Source: the human T2T-CHM13v2.0 reference genome, Homo sapiens. Taken from it: a stretch of 64,000 bases of DNA. Where the stretch lies: the NCBI RefSeq assembly GCF_009914755.1, contig NC_060939.1. One strand, given 5' to 3'. Position 1 is the first letter of the stretch. Each line of letters starts with the position of its first letter. Shown here in pieces: positions 62,385 through 64,000 of this stretch. The translations under genes were made by a program, and so were the position numbers. The notes beneath the pieces were generated by a model. That model did no database searches. It saw only the letters and a list, made by a program, of their open reading frames with translations, and had not been told where the DNA came from.

Positions 62385-62620
62385 CAATATGGTGTGGTGG
62401 TGAAGGGTGCAGGCTCTAAAACCAGAAAACCCAGGTTCAAGTCCTGGCCCTACCACCTTGGGAGAGTTACATGGTCTCTCTGTGCCTCCATTTCCCCATC
62501 TAAAATGTGGGGATGACAATAATAGTGTCTATTTCACAGAGTTGTTTTGAGGAAAATAATATATGTAAAGCACTGTGAACAGCAGTCGGTGCTATGTAAG
62601 TGTTTGCTCTAGTTATTTTA
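62385..62620 (+). mobile_element. MIR
   Basis: GGTTCAAGTCCTGGC...CTCTCTGTGCCTCCATTTCCCCATCTAAAATG...ATGTAAAGCAC. Confidence 0.75.
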
Positions 62621-62899
62621 ACATTTTGGATTATAAATATCTACCCTGTTATTCAGATGACAAGCATCCCTAAGCTGATAACATGATGAAGAGCTCTTGT
62701 GTTCCTTGATTTTCCCTCAGCTTTGTGAGGAAAAGAATACCACATGAAGAAGAACAACTCAAGCAGGGGTGAGAAGGAAACTTGGCTTAAGTTTGGGGGG
62801 CTTGAGTTTATTAGGCTTTTGTCTTCTAAAAATCTCCTAAGCTTCATTGATAAGATGTTTAATATCAATCTAGCTAAAAAGGACCAATATACCCCACAA

Positions 62900-63287
62900 A
62901 ACACTGAGTTAGACATAAAAACAGAAGGGTAATAAATGAAATATGGGAAACTACACAACCAGAAAAATAAACAACTACCAGTACCCAAAACATGGCTAAA
63001 TCTCACAGGATTATGTTGAGTGAAAGAAGCCAGCCACAAACCTGCACATACTGAATGATCCCATTTATATGAAGTTCAAGAACAGGTGAAACTAATCCAT
63101 GGTGACAGAGGTCAGGATCCTGGTTAACTTTGCAGGGACAGCAACTAAGAAGGCGCAAGAGGGAGCCCTCTGTGCTGATGGGAACATTCTGTATCTTGAG
63201 CTGAGTGGCGGTCACATGAGTGTGCACATATGTAAATAGTAAGGAGTTGTAGCTTAAGGTATATGCACCTCGCTGTATGTAAGATAC
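62900..63287 (+). mobile_element. L1ME-type 3' end
   Basis: ATGTTGAGTGAAAGAAGCCAG...CCATTTATATGAAGTTCAAGAACAGG. Confidence 0.7.
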
Positions 63288-63703
63288 TGTCTTAGTCCAT
63301 GTGTGCTGCTGTAACAAAATATCTGAGACTGGGTAATGTGTAAAGAACAAAAATGTATTTCTCACAGTTCTGGTGGGTGGGAAGTCCAAGATCAAAGCGC
63401 CAGCAGGTTTGTAGTCTAGTGAGGGCTGCTCTCTGCTTCCAAGATGGCACCTTGAATGCTGAGTCCTCCAGAGGTGAGAAACGCTGTGTCCCAGCATGGT
63501 GGAAAGAACAGAAAAGCAAAAGAAGAAAACTGAGCTAGGTCGCTCCCTCAAGCCCTTTCATAAGGTCGCTAATCCCATTCATGAGGGGGCTCCTCCCTCA
63601 CGATTTAGTCATCTCCTAAAGACACCACCCCTTAATACTATCACATGGGGGTTTAAGTTCCAACATGAATTTTGGAGGAGACACAAACATTCCAACCATA
63701 GCA
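63288..63703 (-). mobile_element. MST-type MaLR LTR
   Basis: TGTCTTAGTCCAT...GCTGCTGTAACAAAATATCTGAGACTGGGTAAT...ACAAACATTCCAACCATAGCA. Confidence 0.8.
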
Positions 63704-64000
63704 AATATACTTTACTAAAAAGAAAAAAAAAGGAAAATCTTGTCTCTAAACATGATATTTTAAGTGTTTATATATTTACAGCCCAATTTTCTGCTTGCTT
63801 ACATAGATATTTGTGACCATGAGTGTCATTCTTAGCTGAGAAAATGTTCAGTAAATTTAAAAAAGCCTCACATTATCTATTAATATCTTACTCAGATAAG
63901 ATCAAATTTCTAACCTAGATTTTAGGTTAAGATAGAAACCCATGGTCATTTGCTGCAATGTGAGAATGACACAGAGAGATATTAATTAGCAGAATTCCAC

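Noticed and set aside
63003-63551. 182-aa minus-strand ORF
   Set aside because: Spans MST and L1ME repeats; chance ORF.

Overview
Primate (human-like) euchromatic, Alu-rich non-coding DNA, either intergenic or deep intronic. I find no supportable protein-coding gene. Nearly all ORFs in the track are chance ORFs or translations of Alu/L1 sequence. The only gene-derived feature is a near full-length, frameshifted RPL18 processed pseudogene (minus strand, ~16387-17052) inserted into a MER5-like element. The rest is a layered transposon record: ~39 Alu copies or fragments (many with target-site duplications, TSDs), a ~7.8 kb near full-length old L1 (minus, ~51700-59480), solo LTRs (MER74, LTR16, LTR18, THE1, MST/MLT1, MER21-like), DNA-transposon fossils (Charlie1, MER5, MER58, MER20, MER46, MER47), L2 and MIR. 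The most unusual structure is a 77-bp near-perfect inverted copy of LTR sequence (6563-6639) placed ~1.05 kb away (7695-7771) between 13-bp inverted repeats, which looks like a templated-insertion repair scar. An inversion-duplication inside the L1 is similar in kind. I cannot support a novel functional biological system from the sequence alone. Repeat family names come from my recognition of consensus sequences, not from a database search, and the boundaries of older repeats are approximate.
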